From positions 288,001 to 352,000 of the forward strand of contig CAVTHK010000009.1 of the NCBI GenBank assembly GCA_963734495.1: a stretch of 64,000 nt of DNA. Direction: 5' to 3'. The position numbers and the translations under genes were made by a program. Below are positions 1 to 11,515 of the stretch, piece after piece (position 1 is the stretch's first letter; every line of letters starts with the position of its first letter). This DNA is from an uncultured Spirochaetota bacterium. GTDB taxonomy: Bacteria > Spirochaetota > Spirochaetia > SZUA-6 > CAVTHK01. The notes under the pieces are model-generated. The model saw only the letters and a program-made list of their open reading frames with translations. It did not search any database and was not told where the DNA came from.

Positions 1-878
1 AACGCGTAGGCTGCCCCGACCATGAACGAGAGGTTGCCGATGGACTTGACCGTGTTCTTGAGCACCTCGAACAGGTCCTTCGGGCCGAAGGCGCGGTAGA
101 AGACGATCGAGATGATGAGGGCCCACGAGGCGGCTATGGCGCCGGCCTCGGTCGGCGTGACGACGCCGGTGTAGATCGCGCCGAGCAGGATCACGACGGT
201 CATGAGGGCCGGGATCGAGCGGATCGTGACCCGGACGAACTCGCCGAAGCGGTAGCTGTGGCCCATCGGGTAGTTGCGCTTCACGGAGACGAAACCGGTG
301 TAGATCATCATCACGACGCCGAGGATGAGCCCCGGCACGATGCCGCCCATGAACAGCGCGCCGACCGAGGCTCCCGACAGCATCGCGTAGAAGATCATCG
401 GGATGCTCGGTGGGATGATCGGCCCCTCGGTCGCGCTGGCGGCCGTGACCGCGCAGGTAAAGGCCTTGTCGTAGCCTTCGCCGATCATCGCCTGCATCTC
501 GATGTTGCCGGGGCCCGAGGCATCGGCGATCGCCGAGCCGGTCATGCCCGAGAAGATGATCGAGTTGACGATGTTCACCTGCGCCATGGCGCCGCGCCGC
601 CTGCCCACGAGGCCGGAGGCGAAGTCGAAGATGATCTTGGTCACCTTGCTCGTGTTCATGATCTCGGCCATGAAGATGTAGAGCGGCACCGCGATGATGA
701 TGAAGCTCGAGCTCATCTCCGTGAGGAACTTGACCGCGACCATGTCGACCGTGGCGGCCGGGCCGGGAGCGAGCACGAAGTAGAACACCGCGGCCATCAT
801 CATCCCGAAACCGATCGGGATGCGCAGGAGGAAGACGGCGACGAAGGACAGGAAGAAGACGATGATGGGCAGGTTCAT
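1..878 (-). CDS. dctM: TRAP transporter large permease (runs off left edge)
   Basis: Manual translation from ATG at 878: MNLPIIVFFLSFVAVFLLRIPIGFGMM...IFSGMTGSAIADASG...GPIIPPSIPMIFYA, typical DctM motifs; downstream of dctQ and dctP. Confidence 0.92.
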   Translation of the reverse strand, partial: MNLPIIVFFLSFVAVFLLRIPIGFGMMMAAVFYFVLAPGPAATVDMVAVKFLTEMSSSFIIIAVPLYIFMAEIMNTSKVTKIIFDFASGLVGRRRGAMAQVNIVNSIIFSGMTGSAIADASGPGNIEMQAMIGEGYDKAFTCAVTAASATEGPIIPPSIPMIFYAMLSGASVGALFMGGIVPGLILGVVMMIYTGFVSVKRNYPMGHSYRFGEFVRVTIRSIPALMTVVILLGAIYTGVVTPTEAGAIAASWALIISIVFYRAFGPKDLFEVLKNTVKSIGNLSFMVGAAYA

Positions 879-1379
879 CGGGCGCCTCCCGCCGGCAGGG
901 CGCGCAGGTCCCGGACGTCACGAACGATGTCGATCGTGTACCGGATGGTGATGTCCACGAGGAAGATCATGTAGGCACGAGCACACGAGGTTCATGGGGA
1001 TGAGCAGCACGCTCGACTTCTTGTAGCCCACGAAGATCACGTAGTCGAGCGACGGCTTGATCGAGATCACGAACGCCGCCACCAGCAGGACGTTCCCCGC
1101 GATCCGCATGATCGTCTGGCCTCTGGGACGGAGCATGTCGTAGATCATGGTGAAGACCACCAGCGACTCATGCCGTTTCGCGTACAGCGCGCCGAGCAGC
1201 GCCACCCACAGGAAGGAGAGGAGGGCGAGCTCCTCCGGCCACATCAGGGGCGTGAAGAAATAGCGTGAGACGATCTGGATCATGAAGCAGACGAAGATCG
1301 TGAGAAAGGCGAGCATCGGGACGTAGAGCTCGACGACGTCCAGCAGGAACAAGAGGACGGACCTGGCGCGGTGGTTCAT
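875..1379 (-). CDS. dctQ: TRAP transporter small permease (frameshift near 980)
   Basis: Hydrophobic ORF with QIVSRYFFTPLMWPEEL motif; lies between dctP and dctM; likely true stop overlaps the dctM ATG. Confidence 0.88.
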
Positions 1380-1394
1380 CCGGAGTCTCCCGCG

Positions 1395-1437
1395 AAAAAA
1401 AGGCCGCCGGCGCCCGGGGTCAGCCGGACCGGCGGCC
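1395..1437 (-). terminator. Intrinsic terminator-like hairpin between dctP and dctQ
   Basis: GGCCGCCGG...CCGGCGGCC stem followed on the minus strand by a T7 run (A7 at 1395-1401). Confidence 0.6.
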
Positions 1438-1450
1438 CGAAGGGCTTGAT

Positions 1451-2449
1451 CTACTTCACCTTCTGGATCTCTTCGTAGAGCTCCCAGTCCCAGTCCTTGG
1501 TCAGGTCCTTCGCCTCGTTGCGGTAGTAGTTCTTCGCGTAGGCGGCAAAGGCGGCGCGGTCGGGGTTCTCGATGACGGTCAGGCCCTGGCTGCGGAAGAA
1601 GTCGAGGATGCTCTTCTCCTTGTCCAGGTTGGTCTTGTCGCAGAACTGGCGCCCCTTTTCGATGGCCTGCATGACCCAGCCCTGCTGCTGCGGCGGTGAG
1701 GCTCTCGCCACTTCTTCTCGTTGATCGCGGGCCACACGGAGTCGACGACGTGGTTGGTGAGCACGATGTACTTCGTGACCTCGTAGAACTTGGCGGCCTG
1801 GTCGGTCGGCAGCGGGTTGTCCTGGCCGTCGACGACTCCGGTCTTCAGGCCCATGTACACCTCGCCGAACGCCATCGGCGTCGGGTTGGCGCCGAGCGCC
1901 CGGCCCATGGCGATCCACGCGGGCGCGTTCGGCACGCGGAACTTGACGCCCTTCATCTGCTCGGGCCTCGTGACGGGTCCGACCTTCTCGGTGAGGTTGA
2001 GCTCGCGGGTGCCGAGGTAGTAGGCGGCGAGCGGCCTGACTCCCAGCTTCGCGACCGTCTGGTCGAAGAGCTTCTGTCCGATCGTGCCGTTGAGCGTCTT
2101 CGTCATCTGGTCATAGCTGGAAAAGGTGAAGGCGGCGCCGAACATCGCCGTGGCCGGGATCTGCTGGGCGAGCCACGCGGCCGAGAAGTACGACATTTCG
2201 ACCTTGCCCTGGATGGTGGCGTTGTTGTCCGCGGCCTGTCCGAAGAGCTGGCCGGAGTGGAAGACGTCGACGGTCATGTTGCCGCCGGACAGCTTCTCGA
2301 GCTCGTCCTTGAACACGTAGAGCGCCTTGGTGTGCGCGTCGTCCGGGACGCTGACCGTGCGTGAAGGTCAGCTTGACCTTGGCCTGGCCCCAGGCAGCCG
2401 CGGAGGCGAGCACCGCGAGCGCGGCAAAGAGCGTGACGAAACGTTTCAT
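1451..2449 (-). CDS. dctP: TRAP transporter substrate-binding protein (frameshifts near 2355 and 1700)
   Basis: Signal peptide MKRFVTLFAALAVLASAAAWG; KGVKFRVP, NPTPMAFGEVYMGLKTGVVDGQDNPL, KFYEV motifs; split over three ORFs; RBS AAGGAGG. Confidence 0.92.
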
Positions 2450-2504
2450 AATTGCCCCTCCTTTGATCGAGGCGCCCGTGCGGGCGCCGTCGTTCCCGTG
2501 ACGA

Positions 2505-2579
2505 ACTCTAAACCCGCCCCCGGCAGCCGTCAACAAGCAGCCGCGGCGCCTTGACGCGGGCGGGCCGCTCCCGCAGAGT
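2505..2579. promoter_or_regulatory. Divergent sigma70-type promoter pair (dctP and Ldh_2 gene)
   Basis: Minus: TTGACG (2533-2528), 17 bp, TAGAGT (2510-2505). Plus: TTGACG (2551-2556), 17 bp, CAGAGT (2574-2579). Confidence 0.6.
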
Positions 2580-2595
2580 CGGCGGGGAGGCGCCC

Positions 2596-3660
2596 ATGTC
2601 CCGTTATTCCTGGAAGGAGCTGAACGCGCTCGCCGGCCGGCTGCTCGAGGCGGCGGGCCTCGCCCGCGACAGGGCTGAGGTGTTCGCCCGGACGCTGGTC
2701 GAGGCGGACCTGATGGGCCACACGACGCACGGCCTGCGCCAGCTTCCGCGCTACCTGGACGAGCTCGCCGCCGGCAGGATGGCCGCGGCGGGGGACCCGA
2801 AGGTCGTCCGCGACACGGGCGCGACGTTCGCCTGGGACGGTGGATACCTGCCCGGCCCCTGGCTGGTGCACCGGGCGCTCGAGCAGGCGTACGAGCGGGT
2901 CCGGCAGCACCCGGTGGTCTTCGGCGCGGTCTCGCGCAGCCACCACATCGCGAGCCTCTCGTCGTACCTGCTCGAGCCGGCGTCGCGCGGCTATCTCTGC
3001 TTCATCGCGACGTCCGACCCGTCGGCAAAGACCGTGGCGCCCTTCGGGGGGCGCGCGCCGCTGTACACGCCCAATCCCATCGCCGTGGCGATCCCGACCG
3101 GAGCCGACCCGATCCTCGTCGACATGAGCACGTCGACGACGGCCAACGGCGTCGTCGCCCTGTACCGGTCGCGGGGCAGGAACCTTCCGGCTCCCTGGCT
3201 GCTCGACAGCGCCGGCAGGCCGACCGACGACCCCAACGCGCTGTTCACGGACCCGCCGGGCACCGTGCTGCCCCTCGGGGGCGTCGATCTCGGCTACAAG
3301 GGCTACGCGCTCGGCCTGGTCGTCGAGGCGCTCACCTCGGGCCTCGCCGGCCACGGGCGCGCGGACGATGTCAAACGCTGGGGCGCGTCGTTCTGCGTCG
3401 CGCTGATCGATCCCGCGGGCTTCGGCGGCCGCGACGCGTTCGCGCGGCAGCTCGGATGGCTCGCGGACGCCTGCCGCGCGAACCCGGTGCGCCCCGATTC
3501 GGACCGGGTGTGGCTCCCCGGCGGGATGGAGCTCGCGAGGCGCGTCGAGCAGATGGGGCACGGCATCGAGCTCGACGAGGCGATCGTCGCCGCGCTGCTT
3601 GCACGAGCCGAGGCTGCCGGCGCCGCGATGCCCCGGCCGCTGGCCGAGCCCGCGGCCTAG
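2596..3660 (+). CDS. Ldh_2 family (malate/L-lactate/sulfolactate dehydrogenase-like) oxidoreductase
   Basis: ADLMGHTTHGL, SHHIASL, TPNPIAVAIP, VDMSTS, LPLGG...GYKGYALG motifs; RBS GGAGG before ATG 2596. Confidence 0.9.
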   Translation: MSRYSWKELNALAGRLLEAAGLARDRAEVFARTLVEADLMGHTTHGLRQLPRYLDELAAGRMAAAGDPKVVRDTGATFAWDGGYLPGPWLVHRALEQAYERVRQHPVVFGAVSRSHHIASLSSYLLEPASRGYLCFIATSDPSAKTVAPFGGRAPLYTPNPIAVAIPTGADPILVDMSTSTTANGVVALYRSRGRNLPAPWLLDSAGRPTDDPNALFTDPPGTVLPLGGVDLGYKGYALGLVVEALTSGLAGHGRADDVKRWGASFCVALIDPAGFGGRDAFARQLGWLADACRANPVRPDSDRVWLPGGMELARRVEQMGHGIELDEAIVAALLARAEAAGAAMPRPLAEPAA

Positions 3661-5429
3661 ACCGCCGCGCCCTGCGCCGCGTAGAGGCGCGCGTAGGCGC
3701 CGCCCGCGGCCTCCAGCTCGTCGTGGCTGCCCTCTTCGAGGATGCGGCCGTGGTCGACGTAGAAGATCCGGCTCGCGCTGCGGATCGTCGAGAGGCGGTG
3801 CGCGATGATGAACGACGTGCGGCCGGAGAGCAGGCGCGCGAGCCCTTCCTGGATCAGGAGCTCCGTCTCCGTGTCGACGCTCGAGGTCGCCTCGTCGAGG
3901 ATGAGGATCCGCGGGTCGGCGAGCAGCGCCCGCGCGAACGAGATGAGCTGCCGCTGGCCCATGGAGAGGCGCGTTCCGCGCTCGTTGACGTTGGTGGCGT
4001 AGCCTTCGGAGAGGTCCATGATAAAGTCGTGCGCGCGGACGACCTGCGCCGCCCGCACGACCTCTTCGTCGCTCGCATCGAGGCGCCCGTAGCGGACGTT
4101 GTCCATGATGGTGCCCGAGAACAGGAATGTGTCCTGCATCATGATGCCCATCTGGCGCCGCACCGACGGGATGCTGACCCGGTTCACGTCGATGCCGTCC
4201 AGGAAGATGCGGCCGTCCTCGATGTTGTAGAAGCGGGCGAGGAGGTTCACGATCGTGGTCTTCCCGGCGCCGGTCGGCCCCACCACGGCGATCGACTCGC
4301 CCGGGTCGACCGCGAAGCTCAGGTCGCGCAGCACCGGCTTCTCAGGCTCGTAGGCGAACGTCACGCGGCGGAACTCGACCCGGCCGGCAATCGGCGGCAG
4401 CTCGCCGGCGCCGGGGGCATCCGCGACGACCACCTTCTCGTCCATCGTCTCGAAGATCCGCTCGAGGTAGGCCATCGCCACGATGATGGCGTTGTAGAAG
4501 TTGCCGATGTTGCTGATCGGCTGCCAGAACCGCCAGATGTAGCCGATGAATGCGACGAGCACGCCGACACTCACGGTGCCGCGCATCCAGACGACGCCCG
4601 CCATGAGGACCAGCACGACGCCGATCACGGAGATGTTGTCGATGATCGGCCAGACGGAGAACTGGACGGCAACGGCCTTCATCCAGGAGGTCCTGTACTC
4701 CTCGTTCAGCCCCATGTAGATCCGCAGGTTCTCCTCTTCGCGGGCGAACGACTGCGTGACCTTGACGCCGCTCAGGCTCTCGTGGAGGTAGGCGTTCATG
4801 TTGGACTGCTTGCGCGAGACCGTCTGCCACGTGCGGCGCTGGCGCCCTTTGACGATGAAGACCGCGACCGCCAGGATCGGCACCCCGGCCATCGCGATGC
4901 CGGTGAGCCTCACGTCAATGGCCATCATGAACGCGATGATCACGCAGAGGGAGAACAGGTCGGTGATCACGTTGATGAGGCCGTTGGACAGCAGGTCCGA
5001 GAGTGAGTTCACGTAGTTGACCACCCGGACGAGGATCTTTCCGTGGGGCCGGGAGTCGTAGTAGGCGAAAGGCAGCCGCTGCAGGTGGCCGAAGATGCCG
5101 CTGCGGATGCTCATGATCACGCCGTGGCCGATCCGCGTCATGATGCGGATGCGGGCCTTGAGGCACACGCCGCTCACGACAGTGGCCGCGAGGAACACGC
5201 CTGCCAGCACGAACATCAGATGCACGTCCTTGCGCGGGATCGCCTGGTCGAGGGCGATCCGCGTGAGGAACGGTCCAAGGAGGCTGGCCGCGCTCGCCAC
5301 GAGCATCAGCGCGACGGCAATCAGCGCCTGCCCGGCCTGCGGCCGGACGTAAGCGAGCAGCCGCTTGAAGTGGTGGATGTTGAACTGGCCCTCGAGCTCT
5401 TCGTCGATGTCGAACTTGTTGCGCGCCAT
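3657..5429 (-). CDS. ABC exporter ATP-binding/permease subunit
   Basis: N-terminal TM domain; Walker A GPTGAGKTT, signature LSMGQRQ, Walker B ILILDEATS. Confidence 0.95.
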   Translation of the reverse strand: MARNKFDIDEELEGQFNIHHFKRLLAYVRPQAGQALIAVALMLVASAASLLGPFLTRIALDQAIPRKDVHLMFVLAGVFLAATVVSGVCLKARIRIMTRIGHGVIMSIRSGIFGHLQRLPFAYYDSRPHGKILVRVVNYVNSLSDLLSNGLINVITDLFSLCVIIAFMMAIDVRLTGIAMAGVPILAVAVFIVKGRQRRTWQTVSRKQSNMNAYLHESLSGVKVTQSFAREEENLRIYMGLNEEYRTSWMKAVAVQFSVWPIIDNISVIGVVLVLMAGVVWMRGTVSVGVLVAFIGYIWRFWQPISNIGNFYNAIIVAMAYLERIFETMDEKVVVADAPGAGELPPIAGRVEFRRVTFAYEPEKPVLRDLSFAVDPGESIAVVGPTGAGKTTIVNLLARFYNIEDGRIFLDGIDVNRVSIPSVRRQMGIMMQDTFLFSGTIMDNVRYGRLDASDEEVVRAAQVVRAHDFIMDLSEGYATNVNERGTRLSMGQRQLISFARALLADPRILILDEATSSVDTETELLIQEGLARLLSGRTSFIIAHRLSTIRSASRIFYVDHGRILEEGSHDELEAAGGAYARLYAAQGAAV

Positions 5430-5438
5430 GCCGCCCTG

Positions 5439-7229
5439 CTACCTCGCCGCGGCGCCGCGCCGGCCGTCGCCCGCCGACACTGCCCCGCCGGCCGCCGCGC
5501 GGCCGGCCGGCACGACGCGCCCGGTCTGGTGCGCGTACACGCGGCTGTAGTAGCCGCCCAGCGCCACGAGCTCCGCGTGCGTCCCGCGCTCGGCGATCCG
5601 GCCGTCGATCACGACGAGGATCACGTCCGCCTCCTCGACGGAGGAGATCCGTGCGCGATGACGATGGTCGTGCGGCCCTGCTTGAAGGTGCGCAGCGACT
5701 GCTGGATCGCGTGCTCGGTCTCGACGTCGACGCTCGAGGTGGTGTCGTCGAGGATCACCACGGGAGGGTCTTTGAGCAGGAGCCTGCGCGAGGGCGAGGC
5801 GCTGCCTCTGACCGCCCGAGAGCCCCACGCCGCGCTCGCCGACGATGGTGTCGTAGCCTTCGGGGAACTCGCGGATAAAGCCGTCGGCGTCGGCCAGCCG
5901 GGAGGCATCGATCACCCGCTCCACCGGCGCGGCGGGCTCGCCGTAGGCGACGTTCCCCTCGATCGTGTCCGAGAACAGGAACACGTCCTGCATCGCGATC
6001 CCGACCTGCGAGCGCAGGCAGCCGAGGTCGTAATCCTGCACGCGGATGCCGTCGACGAGGATCTCGCCCGAGGCCGGGTCGTAGAATCGGCACAGCAGGT
6101 GCGCGATGGTCGACTTGCCGCTTCCGGTCGGCCCCATGATGCCGACGGTGCCGCCGGCGGGGACGCGGAAGCTCACGTCCGTGAGCACGGCCTCGTCGCC
6201 GTAGGTAAAGGAGACGCGGCGGAACTCGACCTCGCCGCGGACCTTGCGCACGACCGGGGCCGCGGGCGGCTCGAGGCGCGACGTCGTCCGTACCAGGCTC
6301 ATGATCTTCTCGGCCGAGGCCTGGAAGCGCTGGCCGTCGTTGACGAGCCAGCCCGCGATCCTCATGGGGTTGATCAGGGCCCAGGTGAAGCTGGAAAAGG
6401 TGACCAGCTCGCCGAGGGTGATCCAGCCGCGGATCACGAAGATGCCGCCCGCGAGCATCGTGACGATGCCGAAGGCGCTCGACAGCGAATCGATGATGGG
6501 GATGTAGCGCCCCCACACCGCCGCGGAGTCGAGGTTGCGGTCGCGGAACGCGGCGTTCTCCTTTTCGAATTTCGCGATCTCGAAGCGCTCGCGGGCAAAG
6601 GCCTTGATCACCCGGTTGCCCGCGATGTTCTCCTGAACGACGGAGTTGAGCCGCGCGAACTGCTCGCGGATCGCGAGAAACGTGGGCCGCACGGTGCCGG
6701 CGAGCTTGTGCGCGAACCAGGCGACGGCGGGCGTGAGGGCAAAGAGCACCGCCGCGAGCTCCCAGTTGATCGTGAACAGGATGGCGACGGAGAACACGAA
6801 GATCGCCCCGTTCTCGAAGCTCATGTAGACGACCCAGGCCACAAAGTGGCGCACCGCGTCCATGTCGCCGGTCATGCGGGTCATGATGTCGCCGGTCTTC
6901 GTCCGCTCGAAGTAAGTGAAGTCGAGCCCCTGCAGCCGCCGGTAGAGGTCGCGCCGCATCGAGGAAACCGTATCCTGCGACACGTGCTCGAAGACCATCT
7001 GGAACACGTAGCGGACCACGGCCTTGGCGAGCGTCGCCGCGACCATGATGACGAGGAACCTCGGCAGCAGGGAGGGGTTGCCCGCCACGATGACGCGGTC
7101 GACGATGACTCCGGTCACGTACGGGTTGACCATGTTCAGCATCGAGGCCAGCAGCACGAGAGCGAACGCGGCGAGCAGGAGAGCGAGGTGCTTGCGAAGG
7201 TAAGGCCAGAGCCAGCGGTAGGCGTCCAT
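5439..7229 (-). CDS. ABC exporter ATP-binding/permease subunit, heterodimer partner (frameshifts near 5790 and 5650)
   Basis: TM domain, [17 protein letters not shown]; degenerate Walker [12 protein letters not shown] lies in an adjacent frame. Confidence 0.92.
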   Translation of the reverse strand: MDAYRWLWPYLRKHLALLLAAFALVLLASMLNMVNPYVTGVIVDRVIVAGNPSLLPRFLVIMVAATLAKAVVRYVFQMVFEHVSQDTVSSMRRDLYRRLQGLDFTYFERTKTGDIMTRMTGDMDAVRHFVAWVVYMSFENGAIFVFSVAILFTINWELAAVLFALTPAVAWFAHKLAGTVRPTFLAIREQFARLNSVVQENIAGNRVIKAFARERFEIAKFEKENAAFRDRNLDSAAVWGRYIPIIDSLSSAFGIVTMLAGGIFVIRGWITLGELVTFSSFTWALINPMRIAGWLVNDGQRFQASAEKIMSLVRTTSRLEPPAAPVVRKVRGEVEFRRVSFTYGDEAVLTDVSFRVPAGGTVGIMGPTGSGKSTIAHLLCRFYDPASGEILVDGIRVQDYDLGCLRSQVGIAMQDVFLFSDTIEGNVAYGEPAAPVERVIDASRLADADGFIREFPEGYDTIVGERGVGLSGGQRQRLALAQAPAQRPSRGDPRRHHLERRRRDRARDPAVAAHLQAGPHDHRHRARISSVEEADVILVVIDGRIAERGTHAELVALGGYYSRVYAHQTGRVVPAGRAAAGGAVSAGDGRRGAAAR

Positions 7230-7281
7230 CCGGGGGGTCGCCTATAGATACTACGGAACGGGCCGGCGTGGAAACAGGCGT

Positions 7282-7310
7282 TTGACTGCCCGCGGGGCGC
7301 GCCATAGAAT
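7282..7310 (+). promoter_or_regulatory. sigma70-type promoter of the peptide-type ABC operon
   Basis: TTGACT (7282-7287), 17 bp, TAGAAT (7305-7310). Confidence 0.7.
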
Positions 7311-7353
7311 TGCGGCCGGCCTCGACCCCGGGGGCCCCAAAGGAGCGCTCGCG

Positions 7354-8340
7354 TTGCTGCACTACATCGTCAGGCGCCTCCTGAACATGCTGCTCATCGT
7401 CTTCCTGGTATCGATCCTGTCCTTCGTCATCATCCAGCTGCCTCCCGGTGACTACCTCACCACCTACATCGCGCAGCTCAAGCGCAGCGGCACGGAGGTG
7501 AGCCAGGACCTGATCGACTCCCTCACGCTGCAGTACGGCCTCGACAAGCCGATGGTCACCCAGTACTTCAAGTGGATCACCAACTTCGTGCGCGGCGACA
7601 TGGGGCAGTCGTTCCAGTGGAACCAGCCCGTCAACCAGCTCGTATGGGAGCGGCTGGCGCTGACCTTCGTCATTTCCCTCTCCTCCCTGATCGTCACGTG
7701 GGTCGTGGCCTTTCCGGTGGGCATCTACGCCGCGGTGCACCAGTACTCCTTTGGCGACTACTTCTTCACCTTCCTCAGCTTCATAGGGCTCGCGATCCCG
7801 AGCTTCATGCTGGCTCTGATCCTCATGTACGTGGGCTTCAAGTACTTCGGCATGGACGTCGGCGGGCTCTTCTCGCGGCCCTTCGAGAACGCGCCGTGGT
7901 CGTTCGCCAAGGTCGTGGACCTCCTCAAGCACCTCTGGGTGCCGACGATCGTGCTCGGGACCTCGGGCACGGCCGGGCTGGTGCGGATCATGAGGGCCAA
8001 CCTGCTCGACGAGCTGCGCAAACAGTACGTGATCACCGCCCGGGCCAAAGGGCTCCCGGAGCGGACCGTGATCCTGCGGTACCCGGTGCGAGTCGCCTCC
8101 AACCCGTTCATCAGCACGATCGGCTGGTACCTCCCGACGCTGATCTCCGGCGCGACGATCACCGCCGTGGTGCTGAACCTCCCCACGACCGGCCCGCTGC
8201 TGCTGAGCGCGCTGCTCACGCAGGACATGTACCTGGCGGGCAGCTTTATCATGCTGCTGAGCATCCTCACCGTGATCGGGACGTTCGTCTCGGACATCCT
8301 CCTGATGATCGCCGATCCCCGCATCCGGCTCGGGAAATAG
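7354..8340 (+). CDS. Peptide/oligosaccharide ABC transporter permease (DppB/OppB family)
   Basis: [36 protein letters not shown] motifs; TTG start after RBS AAGGAG. Confidence 0.93.
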   Translation: MLHYIVRRLLNMLLIVFLVSILSFVIIQLPPGDYLTTYIAQLKRSGTEVSQDLIDSLTLQYGLDKPMVTQYFKWITNFVRGDMGQSFQWNQPVNQLVWERLALTFVISLSSLIVTWVVAFPVGIYAAVHQYSFGDYFFTFLSFIGLAIPSFMLALILMYVGFKYFGMDVGGLFSRPFENAPWSFAKVVDLLKHLWVPTIVLGTSGTAGLVRIMRANLLDELRKQYVITARAKGLPERTVILRYPVRVASNPFISTIGWYLPTLISGATITAVVLNLPTTGPLLLSALLTQDMYLAGSFIMLLSILTVIGTFVSDILLMIADPRIRLGK

Positions 8341-8354
8341 GGCAGGGTTCAAGG

Positions 8355-9502
8355 ATGGCGGAGCCGATGATCCGGGGACCGGCCGAGGACGTTCGCGACA
8401 ACGACGAAGCGCGCCCCGAGGCCGTCGAAGAGTTCTATGCGTCACAGTGGAAGCTCATGCGGCGCCGCTTCGCCAGGCACCGGCTGGCCATGGTTTCGCT
8501 CGCGGTCCTGCTGCTGCTCTACGTCTCGGCCCTGCTCGCTCCCTTCCTCAGCCCCGTCGATCCTGACGAGAAGAGCCTGGCCTACAAGGAGGCTCCTCCC
8601 CAGGTCGTGCATTTCTTCGGCGGCGGGGTCTCCGGCCCCTTTGTGTATGCCCTCTCGAGCCGTGTGAACGCGGACACGTACCGGCGGACCTACTTCGAGG
8701 ACACCTCGCGACCGCACCCGGTGCGGTTCTTCGTCCGCGGCTTCCGCTACCGGATGCTGGGCTTCCTGGAGACTGACATCCATCTCTTCGGGACCGCGGA
8801 CCCGAACGTGCCGGTCCATCTCTTCGGGACGGACAACTTCGGCCGCGACATGTTCGCCCGCGTTCTCTACGGCGCGCAGGTCTCGCTCTCCGTGGGCCTG
8901 GTGGGGGTGGCGATCAGCTTCTTCCTCGGGATCCTGCTGGAGGGCTCGCCGGCTATTTCGGCGGCCTCGTCGACGAGGTGATCCAGCGCGCCATCGAGCT
9001 GCTGATGTCGGTCCCGCACCTGCCGCTCTGGATGGGCCTGAGCGCGGCGCTGCCCGCGGGCTGGCCGGTGGTGAGGACCTACTTCGCGATCACGATCATC
9101 CTCTCGCTCGTCGGCTGGACCGGGCTGGCGCGGGTCGTGAGGGGCAAGTTCCTCTCGATGCGCGAGGAGGACTTTATCGTGGCCGCGAGGCTTGCGGGCC
9201 AGACGGACCTGCGGATCATCTTCCAGCACATGCTGCCCTCGTTCCTCAGTCACGTCATCGCCTCGCTCACGTTGAGCATCCCGAGCATGATCCTCGGCGA
9301 GACCGCGCTGAGCTTTCTCGGGCTGGGGATGCAGCCGCCCGCCATCAGCTGGGGGGTGCTGCTGCAGGCGGCGCAGAACGTGCACACGCTCGCGCTCGCG
9401 CCGTGGTTGATGATCCCCGGCCTCTTCGTGGTTGTCACCGTGCTGACGTTCAACTTTATGGGCGACGGGCTGCGCGACGCGGCCGACCCGTACACGAGGT
9501 AG
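8355..9502 (+). CDS. Peptide/oligosaccharide ABC transporter permease (DppC/OppC family; frameshift near 8940)
   Basis: [47 protein letters not shown] motifs over two frames. Confidence 0.92.
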
Positions 9503-9610
9503 GATCGGGGAGATCGAAGCCGGCGCGGGCCGGCAGACTCTGTGAGGACGGGCCCCCCGAGGACAGGGGGCCTGGGACTCCGCGAAGACGCGAAGTCGTA
9601 GGAGGTTTCC

Positions 9611-10477
9611 ATGGACCGAAAGAGGGTGTGGATCGCGACAGTCGTCGCCGTCGCCGTGCTCCTGTGCGGCGCCGCCGCCTGGGCAAGCCCCACCAAGGAG
9701 CAGGCCGCGGCAGGCGCGCAGCCGGCGGCCGCGGCCAAGGCGACGACGGGCAAGTACAGCTGGCCGCAGAACTGGTACGACGCCCCGATCGCGAAGATGA
9801 CGAAGCTCAAGGAGGCGCCGATGCTGGCCGAGCTCGTCAAGGCCGGCAAGCTCCCGCCCGTGGAGCAGAGGGTGCCCAGGGAGCCGCTGCTCGTCGCCCC
9901 GTACGAGAAGGTCGGCGTTTACGGCGGCACTCTGCGCGTGGCGCGCATGGGCCCCGCGGACTGGGGCGACATGCACCGGGGCAAAACCTCAAGCAGATCT
10001 CGCAGGAGCTCTACGAAAGCCGCGGGGACGCGAACGAGCTCGACGTCGCGATCTTCCCCTCCGAGGCCGACCTCGAGACGCGCGTGCAGCTCTCGCTCAA
10101 CTACGACCAGAGCGGCGCGGCGTTCGGCTACGCGCCCGAGTGGCAGAGCTGGCTCGCGCACCAGCGGTGGGACAAGGGCGGGCAGGAAAGGCGCCGAGCC
10201 GGCCAAGGGCGAGGAGCCTCCGGCCGACGAGAAGAGCTTTATCGACCTGTACGCCGCCTACATCAACGCGGTCGACCCCGTCGAGTACGCGAAGCTCGCC
10301 AAAGAGTTCTGGGCGATGGCGACGAAGCGCCTGGAGCTGATCGGCACCGTCGGCAAGGTCCCGCGGCCGATCATCATCAGCAACCGCATCCAGAACGTTC
10401 CGGAAAGGCTTCCGTTCGCCTTCGAGACCATGTTGTGGGTCCCGCCGACCCCGTGGCAGTGGTACGTCAAGGAATAA
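9611..10477 (+). pseudogene. Family 5 ABC substrate-binding protein with a large internal deletion and frameshifts
   Basis: Signal peptide and N-terminal EAPMLAELVKAGKLPPVEQRVP...GVYGGTLR are joined near 9985 to C-terminal segments (FGYAPEWQSW...IGTVG...PWQWY); about 290 codons, roughly half the usual length. Confidence 0.7.
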
Positions 10478-10525
10478 CGACAGGTTGAAGGCGCCCGCCC
10501 GCGCGTCGAGCGCGTCGCGGGCGCC

Positions 10526-11512
10526 TCAGCCTCGGGCGTCCGGGTCCGGCAGCGGATAGGCGCCGAAGTCGGCGACCGCCCGCTCGAGCGCCTCGATGTG
10601 GGCGGGCGGGAACGGCATGCCCTGGTCGGGCCCGCAGATGTAGCCGCCCTCGCGGCCGAGGAGGCGGATCCGCCCCTCGACCTCGGCGCGGACGCGCCGA
10701 GGCGGCCCCTGCATGATCGTGTGCGACGAGACGCCGCCCTGCAGCGCCATGCGCCCCTGCGGTGGCCGGCGCAGCTCCGCGAGATCATTCGCGGTCGCCT
10801 GCGCCGGATTGAGGATGTCCACGCCGATGTCCATGAGCTCCGGCGCGAGCTCCCGGACGCTGCCGCAGGAGTGGAACGAGACGAGGCACCCCTCGGCCTT
10901 GTAGAGGCTCACGAGCCTCGCGTAGCGCGGCTTGAAGAACTCCCGGAATGCTGCGAGCGACACGAGCGGCGCGCGCTGCGTGCCGTGGTCGTCGCCGAGC
11001 GTTGCCATCTCGACTCCGAGGGCGAGGTACTCCTCGGCCACGCCGAGCTGGAACTCGAGGATGCGGTCGAGGAGCCGGTGGACCTTGCGCGGCTCTTCGA
11101 GCATCGCGACGAACAGGTCCTCCATGCCCGCGAGCTTCCAGGCCCGCTCGAGCAGGGTGCTGCGGTGGCTCGCTGCGAGGATGAGCTCGCTCCTGTGCGC
11201 CGCGCCGCGAACGGCCTCGCGGGCCGCGGCATAGAGCGCGGGGTCATGCGGGTCAGGCCACCGGTAGTCCTCCCAGCTCGCGAGAGCCTGCAGCGGGTGG
11301 AAGACGGGGAACGGCATCACGCCTTCGTGCGAGTGCCTGTGCCGCACCTGCCAGAGATCGGTCCAGGTCTCCGCGCCGGGCGGCCTGTTGTCCTCGGGGT
11401 TCACGCCGAAGTAGCCGATCGCGAGCACCGGCAGCGAGCGGGAGCAGGGGACGCGGTCGGGCGTGCCGAAACGGACGCACTCGAGAAAGTTCTGTTTCGC
11501 GTCGACTGCCAT
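10526..11512 (-). CDS. Uroporphyrinogen decarboxylase (UroD)/MtaA-like family protein
   Basis: LGDDHGTQ, FFKPRY, FHSCG (HxC), GVDILNP, GGYICGPDQ motifs; starts 3 bp after the dhaM stop. Confidence 0.85.
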   Translation of the reverse strand: MAVDAKQNFLECVRFGTPDRVPCSRSLPVLAIGYFGVNPEDNRPPGAETWTDLWQVRHRHSHEGVMPFPVFHPLQALASWEDYRWPDPHDPALYAAAREAVRGAAHRSELILAASHRSTLLERAWKLAGMEDLFVAMLEEPRKVHRLLDRILEFQLGVAEEYLALGVEMATLGDDHGTQRAPLVSLAAFREFFKPRYARLVSLYKAEGCLVSFHSCGSVRELAPELMDIGVDILNPAQATANDLAELRRPPQGRMALQGGVSSHTIMQGPPRRVRAEVEGRIRLLGREGGYICGPDQGMPFPPAHIEALERAVADFGAYPLPDPDARG

Positions 11513-11515
11513 CGC

